Source of the DNA: Methanocaldococcus jannaschii DSM 2661
GTDB taxonomy: Archaea; AGJL01; Methanococci; Methanococcales; Methanocaldococcaceae
Reading direction: 5' to 3'
NCBI RefSeq assembly: GCF_000091665.1
Contig: NC_000909.1
Span: 1,339,460 to 1,371,459 of the forward strand
Length of the DNA stretch: 32,000 nt
This document shows positions 11,201-20,474 of the stretch, in pieces. Every line of letters starts with the position of its first letter. The stretch's first letter is position 1. The notes under the pieces are model-generated. The model ran no database searches. It was not told where the DNA came from and was given only the letters and a program-made list of their open reading frames with translations. The position numbers and the translations under genes are program-made.

Positions 11201-14200
11201 GGAGAAGAGATATTTTACAATATAACATTATATAACTTTGGAGTTGGAGGAAGATTTGATATAAATATAACCTACTTAACGAAAGGATGGACAACGAAAA
11301 TATACAACAACTCCATTTTAATAGCTGAAGATGCCAATGGGGATGGAATCTGGGATTATATAAACCCAAATTATGATTTAAACTCAAATAATTTGCCAGA
11401 TATCTATGTGCCAACTGGAGAGATAAATTTAACTGTCTCAAAGACAATTCCTTCAACAGCCCCATTAGGAGAGATTGATACAACTACATTAAAATTTGTT
11501 AATATAAATAATCCATCAATATTTGGAAAAACAACATTCCAGACATCAACACCATATCCTCCTTCAGTTCAAAAAACTTTCTATTTACATGGAGATACTT
11601 TAAGAACTCTAAATACTTCAATACCTACAACAATTAACAACTACACAACAATTAATAGCAATTCATTAGCTTCATGGATACAATATCCAAGATTCGCAGA
11701 CAACTTTACAGTTGTAGGAAAAATTCCAATTTTGCTTTATATAAATGACCCAAACGTTATATTTGGAACTGAAATGCATAAAATTGTTGTTTCGTTAATG
11801 GCCACAAATGGAATTGATTCCTTTACTTTAGGAAGTGATGTTGAGTATCTATACTTAGATGATACTATAAAATCTTACATTTTCAATATAACCTTAGATT
11901 CAATAATTACAATACCCAAAAACTACTATTTGGTTTTGAGAGTGGAAAATCAAATATCTTCTAACTCAATAAACATCTATCATAATTCAACATATCCATC
12001 CAATATAACGCTAAACACTACGACTTATGTTAATGTTTATAACATATTTTCAGATAAAAACGTTTATCTTCCAAATGAAAATGTTACAATATTTGCAAAT
12101 ATTACAGACCCTATTGGTTCTTACGATATAAGCGGGGCAAATATAACTGTGTATTATCCAAACGGTAGTGTATATATCAACTCTTCAATGCTACTACAGG
12201 AAATAGATAAAAACTCCCCATCACTTTGGAAGCTCTATAATTACTCATTTAGCCTCCCAGAGTCAGGAAAATATCTTATTACAATAACTGGAATCGAATC
12301 TAATGGTGTAATTTCGAAGAAAAACTATACCATATACTGCGGATATGAAATTCAGGGCTATGTAAAAGAGGACTTTGGAACCCTTGGAAAAGAAGATAGT
12401 GAAGATAAAGGAATTTATGGGGTTAATGTATCTCTACTTGAAGACAGCAATAATGATGGTATTCCAGATATTGGAGATACCATAGTAAATTCAACAACAA
12501 CAGATATTTTTGGTCATTATTCCTTCTTAGTTTATAACTCCTCAAAAACTTACTTTGTGGTAGTGAATTCAAGAACTGTAGGAACTACAAGAGGTTTAAA
12601 CCCTCAATATAGCAAAAATGACATCTGGGCTGAAGAAACATATCAAACAGTATATACTCCAATAAACTCTTCTCAATGGATTGCCAACGGAAATGCTTCA
12701 ATATTCCCAGATAAGCTTCTATTAACAACAGATGATTATGGTGAAGCAGGTAGTGTTTGGTATTACAAGCCGGTTAATCTATCTGAGGATTTGGTTGTTG
12801 AGTTTTATGCGTATTTGGGAGACAATCCTGATGGAGCAGATGGTATAACCTTTACCTTGCAATCGTTGGGAACTAACGAATTAGGTGGAACTGGAGGAGA
12901 TTTGGGTTATGGTGGAATTTCTCCGAGTGTAGCGGTTGAAGTTGATACTTGGCTCAACGATTTTGATGCTCCAGCAACAACCGACCATATTGCAATAGAT
13001 GTTAACGGCAACATAAACCACACTTACAACTCCTTAACTTACCCAACACCAAACCCTTACGATTTAGGTAATGTTGAGGATGGAAGAGAACACTTAATAA
13101 AAATCGTATGGAATGCAACAACAAAAACACTCCAAGTATATTTCGATGGCAATTTATCATTAACATGGAATAAGGATATAACCCAAATTATAGGAAACTC
13201 AGCTTACTTCGGATTCACAGGAGGAACGGGAGGAGCAAAAAATCTCCAGTATGTTAAGCCAATATACGTAAAAAATGGGGATGGGTATATAATAAATCCA
13301 ACTTATGGAGTAGTTGAGATGTTTGGAGGAAGAGACCCTAATGAAGAAGATAATTGGGAAGATGGAAAATATGAACACTACTGTTTGATAAATCTAAATT
13401 CATATAGTGGGAAAAATATAACATTTGGATTCAGCTTTGATGTAATAACAAATACGAAATCTACGGGGCAGGGTAGTTTTTCCCAATTTATAAAAAATGC
13501 AAATGCAATTTATGGGAAAGATGAGAGTTATTTCAGAATACCAAATATCGACGCAAAGAATGGAAATCACTACATTTATACAAGTGGAAATAAAATATTA
13601 GACAATTTGACTATTGTCAATGGTTCAACTCAGATTAATGGAACCATCATTTTATCAGGATTACAATGGATAGCTAACGGTAACGCATACATAAATAATT
13701 CAAATAATCTAACTTTGATACTAACGCCTGATGACTACAACCAAAAAGGTAGTGTTTGGTATTACAAGCCGGTTAATCTATCTGAGGATTTGGTTGTTGA
13801 GTTTTATGCGTATTTGGGAGACAATCCTGATGGAGCAGATGGTATAACCTTTACCTTGCAATCGTTGGGGACTAACGAATTAGGTGGAACTGGAGGAGAT
13901 TTGGGTTATGGTGGAATTTCTCCGAGTGTAGCGGTGGAGGTTGATACTTGGCTTAACGATTTTGACAGCCCAGCAACAACCGACCATATTGCAATAGATG
14001 TTGATGGGAACTTAAATCACACTTACAACTCCTTAACTTACTCAACACCAAACCCATACGATTTAGGTAATGTTGAGGATGGAAGAGAACACTTAATAAA
14101 AATCGTATGGAATGCAACAACAAAAACACTCCAAGTATATTTCGATGGCAATTTAGCATTAACATGGAATAAAGACATAACCCAAATTATAGGAAACTCA

Positions 14201-16927
14201 ACTTATTTCGGATTCACAGGAGGAACAGGAGGAGCAAAAAACCTACAATACGTTAAGCCAACATATGTGAAAAATGGGGATAATGTTTTAAATCTCGAAG
14301 AAATATCTCCAAATCCAATTATTGACAATGTGGGGGCTGATACATACATTGGAAATATATTCTTTGAAAATGTCAGTGTTGGAATATTAGGAAATGAAAC
14401 TGGGCTAAATAATTTAACATTAAAGAGTTGTGGAATTTATGGAAAAATATTAAATGCAGGGGTTAAGTTAGTTGATTATGATTGGAGTTTGCAGAATTAT
14501 CCATTGTATATTGACAATTTAACAATAAACGCCTCTGGAGGATATGGAATTTCAATGTTGAACAAAATATGGGCTATGTTGTATAACTCTCAAATATCTT
14601 TAAAAAACGGTGTAGGGATTTATTGGGCAAACTGGGCTGGTGGTTTTGGAAACATAACAATCTATAATATAACTATAAGCTCATGTAATCAAGGATTGGT
14701 TTTATATAAAGATGGAAATGGAATAAAACTAATAAACTCTCAGATTAAGAATTCCGTTTATGAGGGAGTGTATTCAAAGAACTCAACTTTAGAAATACTT
14801 AACTCTTCAATAATTAATAACTCTATTGGAATCTATGCAAATATATCAAGCATATTGGTGAATAATTCCCTTATATATAAAAATAGATATGAAGGTTTAT
14901 TATTAGAGAATTCATCCTCCTCAATATTGAATTCAAATATAATGAACAATAGCATAGGAATATATTTAAAAGAAAACTACATCTCAAAAATTCAAAAATC
15001 GAATATTTCATATAATGCCTATGGAATTGAAATAGTTAATTCATCTAACGTATATATAAATTCATCAAATATATTTAATGCAAGCACAGATGGAATTGCA
15101 ATATTTAATGGAGAAAATGTAAGTGTTGAAAACTCTCTATTGTATAATAACAATTACTCAATACTCTCTTATGGTAATTTATCAAACCTCAGTGTGTTGA
15201 ATTCATTATTAAGAGATTCAATAAACAACAGTATTGATATTGAAGTCCCTTCTGATGGATTTTTGAATAATTTAAAACTTTATAACTCAAGTGTATTAAA
15301 CAGCGGAAGCTATGGGTTGTTTATCTATTCGTTGGGAAGTGCTTCAAATGTAAATATATCCAAATCACTAATAAACGGCTCCTACAAAGATGGAATTTAC
15401 ATCTATGGAGTAAATGCTATAAACATAGTTAATAATAACATAACCAATAACGGTTTGATTGGAGGAGACCCAGCAGGAAGTGGAATAAAAATCAGTGGAA
15501 ACTATACCAAGGGAGTTTTAATTTTAAATAACAATATATCTCACAACTTGGGTAATGGTATTTCTTTAGAAGGGTTGTGGAGCAGAACATTATGTGATGT
15601 TAAAGTTGAAAACAACATAATTTCAAATAATGGTATTGAAGAAAATAGCGGTAATGGAATATACATAGGAGGAAGAGTTGAGAATGTCTCTATATTTAAT
15701 AACACGATTCAATACAGCGATGCTCAGGCAATTTTAATTCAAGAGGCAAATGGATGGAATTCTTGGGATTGGATTGGAACAAATATATCCATTATAAACA
15801 ACACAATTCAATACAATGGATTAACTGTCACAATAGGAAATATAACCGCAGGAATAACTGTTGGGGCTTATGGAGTTTATAATCAAGATAATGGATATAT
15901 AATAATAGAGGGTAATAAAATAATAAACAACAATCTCTGTCCAAATCCAACTTATGGTGGAAAAGTTGGAGGAATTGAGGTTTATGGGTTAAATGAGAGT
16001 TGGATTAGCTTAGAATTTAATATCTCAAAGAATATCATAGCAAACAACTCTGCCTATGGAATTTTAATAGGGGCAAGCAAAGACATCAACATAATTAATA
16101 ACACAATCTTCAACAATGAAAAGGGAATTACAATTCCAAACTGGGATTTTGTTCCTTACAATATAATAATCTCCAAAAACTCAATTTACAACAACTCTCT
16201 ACTCGGAATTGACTTAGATGATGATAATGTAACTCTAAATGATGGGCTATTGAACTATAATGAAGCAAATCATGGTATTGACTATCCAATAATTACCTAT
16301 GCTGAGTTAAACGGAGATAACTTAACAGTTAAAGGATACATTGGAAATGGAACTGGCAGTTCAAACTTTGCAAATGCGGTAGTTGAGATTTATTTAGTTA
16401 AAAATTTAAGTGGCGGAGATAATTTAATAGGAAATAATATTTCTTCAGATGGCACTGTATTGAATGATACCTATGGAGAAAGTTGGATTTATTTGGGAAG
16501 TTTGATTGCTGATAGTAATGGATTTTTCAGTGGAACAATAAATGTTTCTGGAAAAGGGGTTGGAGATGAATCTTTACTAACTGCAACAGCAACGATAAAA
16601 GGTATTGGAACATCAGAATTTGGAAGAAACTATCTCTTAATTAAAAAGTTCTTCAACATAACTGGAACTATAGTAATGCTTCCAAACGGCTACAACATAA
16701 CAATAAAATCATATAATACAACAAGAGATGTTTATGTTTATTGGTATAAGCCAGATAATATTGAAGTAATCAATATTTCAGGGGATTATGATGAAAATGG
16801 AACCTATGGAAACACCTACTGGTTTAAATTTAATGTGATAAATGCAAATGAGACAATGAACATATCAATAACAACCAATATAACAACAGTTGAGGGACTT
16901 ATTATCGGTATTGACCCAAAAAAATAA
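8243..16927 (+). CDS. Giant surface protein (2894 aa): repeated N-terminal domains, CARDB/COG1470-like region, SdrD B-like domain, two L-type lectin-like domains, right-handed parallel beta-helix (NosD/PbH1-type) region
   Basis: Signal peptide SIFVFTILLLSNVSLGL; DFGTLGKEDSEDKGIYGVNVSLLEDSNNDGIPDIGDT (SdrD B-like); two copies of 'VWYYKPVNLSEDLVVEFYAYLGDNPDGADGITFTLQ...GYGGISPSVAVEVDTW'; long series of N-x-I/xNSSIINNSIGI beta-helix rungs. Confidence 0.9.
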   Translation: MKSYLKNISIFVFTILLLSNVSLGLNVSTTNNNSNFELNNSLIYKLNNSLTNTTNNSGSIIINNTTDTNKEKNECYLNITINGYRVIVKTNGEVFGFANKTPLKFIKIGDNEYIISPIVLNVPIEIYSKFNDKILHRTVILNYTKPEKEKKETNIKKEELHYLNVSFNNFKLIVKTNGKPYAKYLDLNIKVKTKKIKKHEYLVYPLILNKTIIIYAKFKNETLNRTIFLNYSIEENTTTNKTVILKNVYFPSEKIVIKTNFKPHTAYIVTPNNKIIHLKVHKKGKFYILSTKLKKNVILGNYSVVVDGIKKTFAVDYYKINAKLIDNRFIVGNVSYYVKEPKFITCIVDKKEINISLINGAFEIPLDYLIPKLNISKPEKIKKIILICGNAKEKIKVKFKNKEEIKKLISYDPVNKEIIIKLEGSEKEIKKLLKRYEKRKKYKISKIVKIYNYSIVEIKLKADKEILKDYNLPENILNTTEIVKKISSNKIRVEVNNKVDGVWYRFSCKIPKGYRVKEIVGDDGRVIRNNISINRLTGEVIGEVRWYIENNTLYFYDDPIYGYDISLIPPAPNHSIAVELSYNGQDYGGCGQISAIVFPYNKEDDETTVATYDHAGRTGDYNYANNIDAYAGSKIAIKYTSGALTRQYGVLGTAGSLGWWTYYYLSEINRTDIPLNTVPNGILESVIITDMYAPWNNNELNITQKVIIRGNNKWFATIYYIKNPTTKTYTNLKFFQGMDWNFRGSWWGDDAYYNSIDDVVYGYDSNAPVGDIQYGGFKSNIPSYEHDVNLYWSTWSDIRYDNLNNDSSYEGDAGTALAWTKDSLKPGEIWVVPIIWGLGYNYTDMMNEINMGLSQLYDTGVKSIDYPNNGDSFNPNIGPIIYINSTIALYGLVDAYNLNVSINITQINGTYIYTNSTLINLSVPYEEEKLVSFPVNISNMPYGAYNITIKTNLPNDQNTSNDEKSIIIYITSFSVQPNYQEKTGNVGEEIFYNITLYNFGVGGRFDINITYLTKGWTTKIYNNSILIAEDANGDGIWDYINPNYDLNSNNLPDIYVPTGEINLTVSKTIPSTAPLGEIDTTTLKFVNINNPSIFGKTTFQTSTPYPPSVQKTFYLHGDTLRTLNTSIPTTINNYTTINSNSLASWIQYPRFADNFTVVGKIPILLYINDPNVIFGTEMHKIVVSLMATNGIDSFTLGSDVEYLYLDDTIKSYIFNITLDSIITIPKNYYLVLRVENQISSNSINIYHNSTYPSNITLNTTTYVNVYNIFSDKNVYLPNENVTIFANITDPIGSYDISGANITVYYPNGSVYINSSMLLQEIDKNSPSLWKLYNYSFSLPESGKYLITITGIESNGVISKKNYTIYCGYEIQGYVKEDFGTLGKEDSEDKGIYGVNVSLLEDSNNDGIPDIGDTIVNSTTTDIFGHYSFLVYNSSKTYFVVVNSRTVGTTRGLNPQYSKNDIWAEETYQTVYTPINSSQWIANGNASIFPDKLLLTTDDYGEAGSVWYYKPVNLSEDLVVEFYAYLGDNPDGADGITFTLQSLGTNELGGTGGDLGYGGISPSVAVEVDTWLNDFDAPATTDHIAIDVNGNINHTYNSLTYPTPNPYDLGNVEDGREHLIKIVWNATTKTLQVYFDGNLSLTWNKDITQIIGNSAYFGFTGGTGGAKNLQYVKPIYVKNGDGYIINPTYGVVEMFGGRDPNEEDNWEDGKYEHYCLINLNSYSGKNITFGFSFDVITNTKSTGQGSFSQFIKNANAIYGKDESYFRIPNIDAKNGNHYIYTSGNKILDNLTIVNGSTQINGTIILSGLQWIANGNAYINNSNNLTLILTPDDYNQKGSVWYYKPVNLSEDLVVEFYAYLGDNPDGADGITFTLQSLGTNELGGTGGDLGYGGISPSVAVEVDTWLNDFDSPATTDHIAIDVDGNLNHTYNSLTYSTPNPYDLGNVEDGREHLIKIVWNATTKTLQVYFDGNLALTWNKDITQIIGNSTYFGFTGGTGGAKNLQYVKPTYVKNGDNVLNLEEISPNPIIDNVGADTYIGNIFFENVSVGILGNETGLNNLTLKSCGIYGKILNAGVKLVDYDWSLQNYPLYIDNLTINASGGYGISMLNKIWAMLYNSQISLKNGVGIYWANWAGGFGNITIYNITISSCNQGLVLYKDGNGIKLINSQIKNSVYEGVYSKNSTLEILNSSIINNSIGIYANISSILVNNSLIYKNRYEGLLLENSSSSILNSNIMNNSIGIYLKENYISKIQKSNISYNAYGIEIVNSSNVYINSSNIFNASTDGIAIFNGENVSVENSLLYNNNYSILSYGNLSNLSVLNSLLRDSINNSIDIEVPSDGFLNNLKLYNSSVLNSGSYGLFIYSLGSASNVNISKSLINGSYKDGIYIYGVNAINIVNNNITNNGLIGGDPAGSGIKISGNYTKGVLILNNNISHNLGNGISLEGLWSRTLCDVKVENNIISNNGIEENSGNGIYIGGRVENVSIFNNTIQYSDAQAILIQEANGWNSWDWIGTNISIINNTIQYNGLTVTIGNITAGITVGAYGVYNQDNGYIIIEGNKIINNNLCPNPTYGGKVGGIEVYGLNESWISLEFNISKNIIANNSAYGILIGASKDINIINNTIFNNEKGITIPNWDFVPYNIIISKNSIYNNSLLGIDLDDDNVTLNDGLLNYNEANHGIDYPIITYAELNGDNLTVKGYIGNGTGSSNFANAVVEIYLVKNLSGGDNLIGNNISSDGTVLNDTYGESWIYLGSLIADSNGFFSGTINVSGKGVGDESLLTATATIKGIGTSEFGRNYLLIKKFFNITGTIVMLPNGYNITIKSYNTTRDVYVYWYKPDNIEVINISGDYDENGTYGNTYWFKFNVINANETMNISITTNITTVEGLIIGIDPKK
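12749..13282 (+). repeat. Lectin-like domain repeat, copy 1 (intragenic, in frame)
   Basis: Aligns to 13748-14281 with a constant 999-bp offset; about 94-95% identical by eye. Confidence 0.85.
13748..14281 (+). repeat. Lectin-like domain repeat, copy 2 (intragenic, in frame)
   Basis: See copy 1. Confidence 0.85.
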
Positions 16928-16940
16928 TTCGTCAAAAAAT

Positions 16941-16962
16941 TGTTCTATAAATCTTAAATACT
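16941..16962 (+). promoter_or_regulatory. Candidate promoter motif TGTTCTATAAATCTTAAATACT
   Basis: Upstream of the 16993 gene; resembles 2419-2439 and 8169-8190. Confidence 0.45.
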
Positions 16963-16992
16963 TTAAAAAATAAAACCTAATAATTGGGGACC

Positions 16993-18444
16993 ATGAGATC
17001 GGTATATTTAATTATTATTATTATACTATTTTTTGCATTTATTTCTTTAAGTTTTGGGGAAATATATGAGTATAGGGGGGTTGTATTTTATCCAAATGGT
17101 TCTCAAACAGTTGATGTATCTAAGTTACATATAGATTATGAAAATCCCGATGCTTTTAGCATCTATATATCTTATAGAAACTCCTCCTTTTATCTTCCAT
17201 ATTCAAAAAATATAACTCTTAATCTCCCCCCAAAAAAATTTAACATATCCATAACTATATCTGCAAGTAGAATCAGCAGAGATGAATGGAGGGTATATTA
17301 TAAAATAATCAATAACTATCCCTACAGTATCTTATTTAACATATCTTTTCCAGGAGGATTTAACATTAAAAATGCATCAGTCTTAGTTCCTGCCAAGTCC
17401 TATAAAATAATAACTTTATCAAAAATACAAAATTCAAATATTTTATATTTCGGAGATAGCAATATAAGTTTTGAAGTACCCGCTAAATTGATGATAAGAT
17501 ATTCTCTGCCAATACCATTTTCCATAATAAAGTCAAATAAAATTTTAAGTAATGGTTCTATTGAATGGACAGCTATTTATATAATAAAAAATGATAAGAA
17601 TGTCTCTTTAAATGTAAATGCAAGCTATTGGGCTGTTGTTAATAATACAAAAATAGATTTTGGTAATTATTCCTATATTATAGAACCTAATGAGAATGTA
17701 TCACAGTCATTTAATATCACTTCAGATTATGTTCCTATTTTTTATCTTAAATTTTATGCATGGCGAGATGTTTATGAAACTATAAAAATAAAACCAGCAA
17801 TTAAGGTTGATAATTCATACATTATTGGAATAGGAAAAGTTGAAGGTTTAAGTTTTAACATTCCATATTATAACTATATGGAAAGAGAAATAAAAAAGAA
17901 AAAAGAAGAAAAGGAAAACGAAGAGTCATCTAAAACTATAAACCAAATGCAGAGACATAAAAAAGAAGAGAAGTCACAGACTCAGGAGACAAAAAAACCT
18001 TCTAAAAATGAGATGAATAAACAAGAGAAAGAAAGAAAGTACCCACTAATAATTGAAGAAAAATTTAAAAAAGTAGCTGCTGCTATAGCCACAGTTACAA
18101 CTACTTCAATAACTGCTATGTTGATTCCTCCAATATTTAGGAGACGTTCATATATTGTTGATAAAGGGATTTTCTCAATTAAAGACCTTGAACTACTAAG
18201 TGGCACAGTATATGTTCCAGAGGGTTGTAAGTTAGGAAATATATTACCTGGAGGTATAACTATTATTAAACTTACTGATGTAGAAAAAGACCTTGCAAGG
18301 GACTTACATGAAATTTATGATATTCCTCTAAATTCAGCAAAAGCCATTATACTGGGTGTTAAGTATGGAGGTAGAGTATTTTTAAGTGATAAAAAGGCGT
18401 ATGATGTGGCAGTTGAAATAGGACTTGAAGCATATCTTTTTTAA
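16993..18444 (+). CDS. Membrane-anchored protein with extracellular domain, charged linker, TM segment and a cytoplasmic PIN-like C-terminal domain
   Basis: ORF 16984..18444; ATG at 16993 after tgggga. N-terminal signal peptide SVYLIIIIILFFAFISLSFG; E/K-rich linker; VAAAIATVTTTSITAMLIPPIF TM; tail ELLSGTVYVPEGC...AKAIILGVKYGGRVFLSDKKAYDVAVEIGLEAYLF. Confidence 0.75.
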   Translation: MRSVYLIIIIILFFAFISLSFGEIYEYRGVVFYPNGSQTVDVSKLHIDYENPDAFSIYISYRNSSFYLPYSKNITLNLPPKKFNISITISASRISRDEWRVYYKIINNYPYSILFNISFPGGFNIKNASVLVPAKSYKIITLSKIQNSNILYFGDSNISFEVPAKLMIRYSLPIPFSIIKSNKILSNGSIEWTAIYIIKNDKNVSLNVNASYWAVVNNTKIDFGNYSYIIEPNENVSQSFNITSDYVPIFYLKFYAWRDVYETIKIKPAIKVDNSYIIGIGKVEGLSFNIPYYNYMEREIKKKKEEKENEESSKTINQMQRHKKEEKSQTQETKKPSKNEMNKQEKERKYPLIIEEKFKKVAAAIATVTTTSITAMLIPPIFRRRSYIVDKGIFSIKDLELLSGTVYVPEGCKLGNILPGGITIIKLTDVEKDLARDLHEIYDIPLNSAKAIILGVKYGGRVFLSDKKAYDVAVEIGLEAYLF

Positions 18445-18459
18445 ATAGAGGTGAAGTAT

Positions 18460-18711
18460 GTGGTAGAAGAAAACAATAAAGAAATATTAATAAAATTGAA
18501 GAAAATTAGAAAAATGCAAAGGAGAAGAACGCTCATTGGTTCATTTTTAGTCTCAACATCCATAATAATTTCTGAAATTTCAGTGTTTATATTTGTTGGT
18601 GTTTTTAATATAGACATAAGCTTTGGATTGTTATTATTGTTTATTTCGTTAATTTTTTTATCGTTAGGGCTCTATTTAATCATGTATCCTCCACCTATAG
18701 TCATAGATTAG
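18460..18711 (+). CDS. Small protein with two predicted TM segments
   Basis: ORF 18451..18711; RBS gaggtga suggests GTG at 18460 (MVEENNKE...). Hydrophobic LIGSFLVSTSIIISEISVFIFVGVF and GLLLLFISLIFLSLGLYLIMYPP. Confidence 0.6.
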   Translation: MVEENNKEILIKLKKIRKMQRRRTLIGSFLVSTSIIISEISVFIFVGVFNIDISFGLLLLFISLIFLSLGLYLIMYPPPIVID

Positions 18712-18718
18712 TGAAATC

Positions 18719-19894
18719 ATGAAAAAGGACACTTTATTACTTATAATTTTAATCTTATTTTGCATCGTTCATGTTTATGGTATTTATGTACATATTTATG
18801 GTATTAATGTTAGCTTAGAAAATGTTAGTCAATACCTTTACAACACTACGGTTTATCTTTCTTATGAGAATGGAACTCCATGTTTTTATATTGGAGAGAA
18901 AAAAGAATTCGTGATTATTCCTCCATATATAAAAGTTGATAGAGACATAGCTCCTTTAATTAAAAAACTAAGATTTAAAATAGAGAATAAAAGTTATAAC
19001 CTTATCATTACAAAGAAAAATGTAAATACAAACAAGATGGCTATTATTTTTACTTCAATAAATGGTTCGAGAGAAGTTAATGGCAATAAGACAATTATCT
19101 GGATAAAAGACCCACTCAAATTAAAACAATCAGAGGTTGAGGCATTATATGAATTACCAGAAAAAGGAGAGGTTATAGCAAGATATAAAGACGGAAAACC
19201 AGCGGCGATAAAGATAAATAATAAAATATATGTTGGTTTTAAGCCAGATGAGGATGTTTTAGCTAATCTTATTTATATACATATAGTTAAGAAAACATCA
19301 AATCCTCTGCCCTATATACTTTTTACTGTTTTCTTAACTCTTGCATCTTTAATGCTAACTTTTCAAGAAACCCTAAAAAAGAAGTTTTTGGAGCTAATAT
19401 CTGCACTAGCATCAGTAAAAGTATTTATCCTCTCTCGTATAAATCTTCTTGATGAAGAAAAAGTCCTTCTAAATGACACAAGAAGAGAAATTTACAATTA
19501 TATTTTAGACAATCCTGGATGTCATTTAAGAGAACTTTCTAAAAACCTAAATAAACCAGTATCAACACTTACGTGGCATTTAAGAATATTAGAAAAAGCA
19601 AATCTAATTAAAAGTAAAAAATTTGGTAATCGATTAATTTACTATCCAGCAGATATGGATATGAGGGATTTGCCACTGTTATATTTAAAAAATGAAACGC
19701 AAAAAAGCATATTTGAATATTTATTAAAAAGTCCTGCTCATTTAAGAAAGATTGCTAAAGATTTGAATTTGAATGTTGAAACTGTAAGGTATAATTTAAA
19801 AAAACTGGAAAATCTTGGAATTGTAAAATCTAAAGAAGAGGGAAACAGAATAGTATATTATATAAATGAATCTATCTTAAAGTTTCATAAATAA
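18719..19894 (+). CDS. Membrane-anchored transcriptional regulator: exported N-terminal domain, one TM, two C-terminal ArsR-type winged helix domains
   Basis: [14 protein letters not shown] signal/TM; [21 protein letters not shown]; HTH1 [45 protein letters not shown]; HTH2 [41 protein letters not shown]. Confidence 0.8.
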   Translation: MKKDTLLLIILILFCIVHVYGIYVHIYGINVSLENVSQYLYNTTVYLSYENGTPCFYIGEKKEFVIIPPYIKVDRDIAPLIKKLRFKIENKSYNLIITKKNVNTNKMAIIFTSINGSREVNGNKTIIWIKDPLKLKQSEVEALYELPEKGEVIARYKDGKPAAIKINNKIYVGFKPDEDVLANLIYIHIVKKTSNPLPYILFTVFLTLASLMLTFQETLKKKFLELISALASVKVFILSRINLLDEEKVLLNDTRREIYNYILDNPGCHLRELSKNLNKPVSTLTWHLRILEKANLIKSKKFGNRLIYYPADMDMRDLPLLYLKNETQKSIFEYLLKSPAHLRKIAKDLNLNVETVRYNLKKLENLGIVKSKEEGNRIVYYINESILKFHK

Positions 19895-20465
19895 AGTTAT
19901 ATTTCTTATATTTTTCCAAGTTATTTAAAATTTCCTGTAAAATGTTGTCTAATTGATTTAAACAATCTTCAAAGCTTTTTTCATTAACTACTACAAAATC
20001 AGCCAATGCAATAGCATGTCCAATACTAAATCCTAACTCCCTCAAGTCCCTCTCTACAAATACTTCCCAGTTTGCTGAATCATCTTCCCTTCCTCTTTTT
20101 TTCAATCTCTCAAATCTTGTTAATGGAGAAGAGTGAATGGCTATTAAAACCAAAGGTTTATGTTTTCTAAAATAATTAACCTCATATAAGCTCCTTATAC
20201 CTTCAACAATAACTATTTCTTTATCTTTTAAATTTTCTTCTATATATTTTAGACATGCAACTGCAATTGCCTCATTTCCAAACTCCTCTCTTAGCTTTAT
20301 AGCTGTATTTCCAACATTTTCTGGAGTTAATTCTAAGCCTCTTTTTTTTGTTTCATATCTAACAACGTCTCCCATGGAAACTATTGGTAGATTATATTTT
20401 TTAGCAATTTCATAAGCTGAGCTTTTTCCCGCTCCTGGCATTCCTGTAATACCTATCAACAGCAT
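19872..20465 (-). CDS. UPF0200 family P-loop nucleotide kinase-like protein (dephospho-CoA kinase-related)
   Basis: 197 aa; [24 protein letters not shown] Walker A; matches the archaeal UPF0200 family. Confidence 0.85.
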   Translation of the reverse strand: MLLIGITGMPGAGKSSAYEIAKKYNLPIVSMGDVVRYETKKRGLELTPENVGNTAIKLREEFGNEAIAVACLKYIEENLKDKEIVIVEGIRSLYEVNYFRKHKPLVLIAIHSSPLTRFERLKKRGREDDSANWEVFVERDLRELGFSIGHAIALADFVVVNEKSFEDCLNQLDNILQEILNNLEKYKKYNFIYETLR

Positions 20466-20474
20466 GGTTTCACA

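Noticed and set aside
10071-14165. Short minus-strand ORFs (10071..10280, 11139..11483, 13953..14165) within the giant gene
   Set aside because: Low-complexity antisense frames of a strongly supported 2894-aa CDS.
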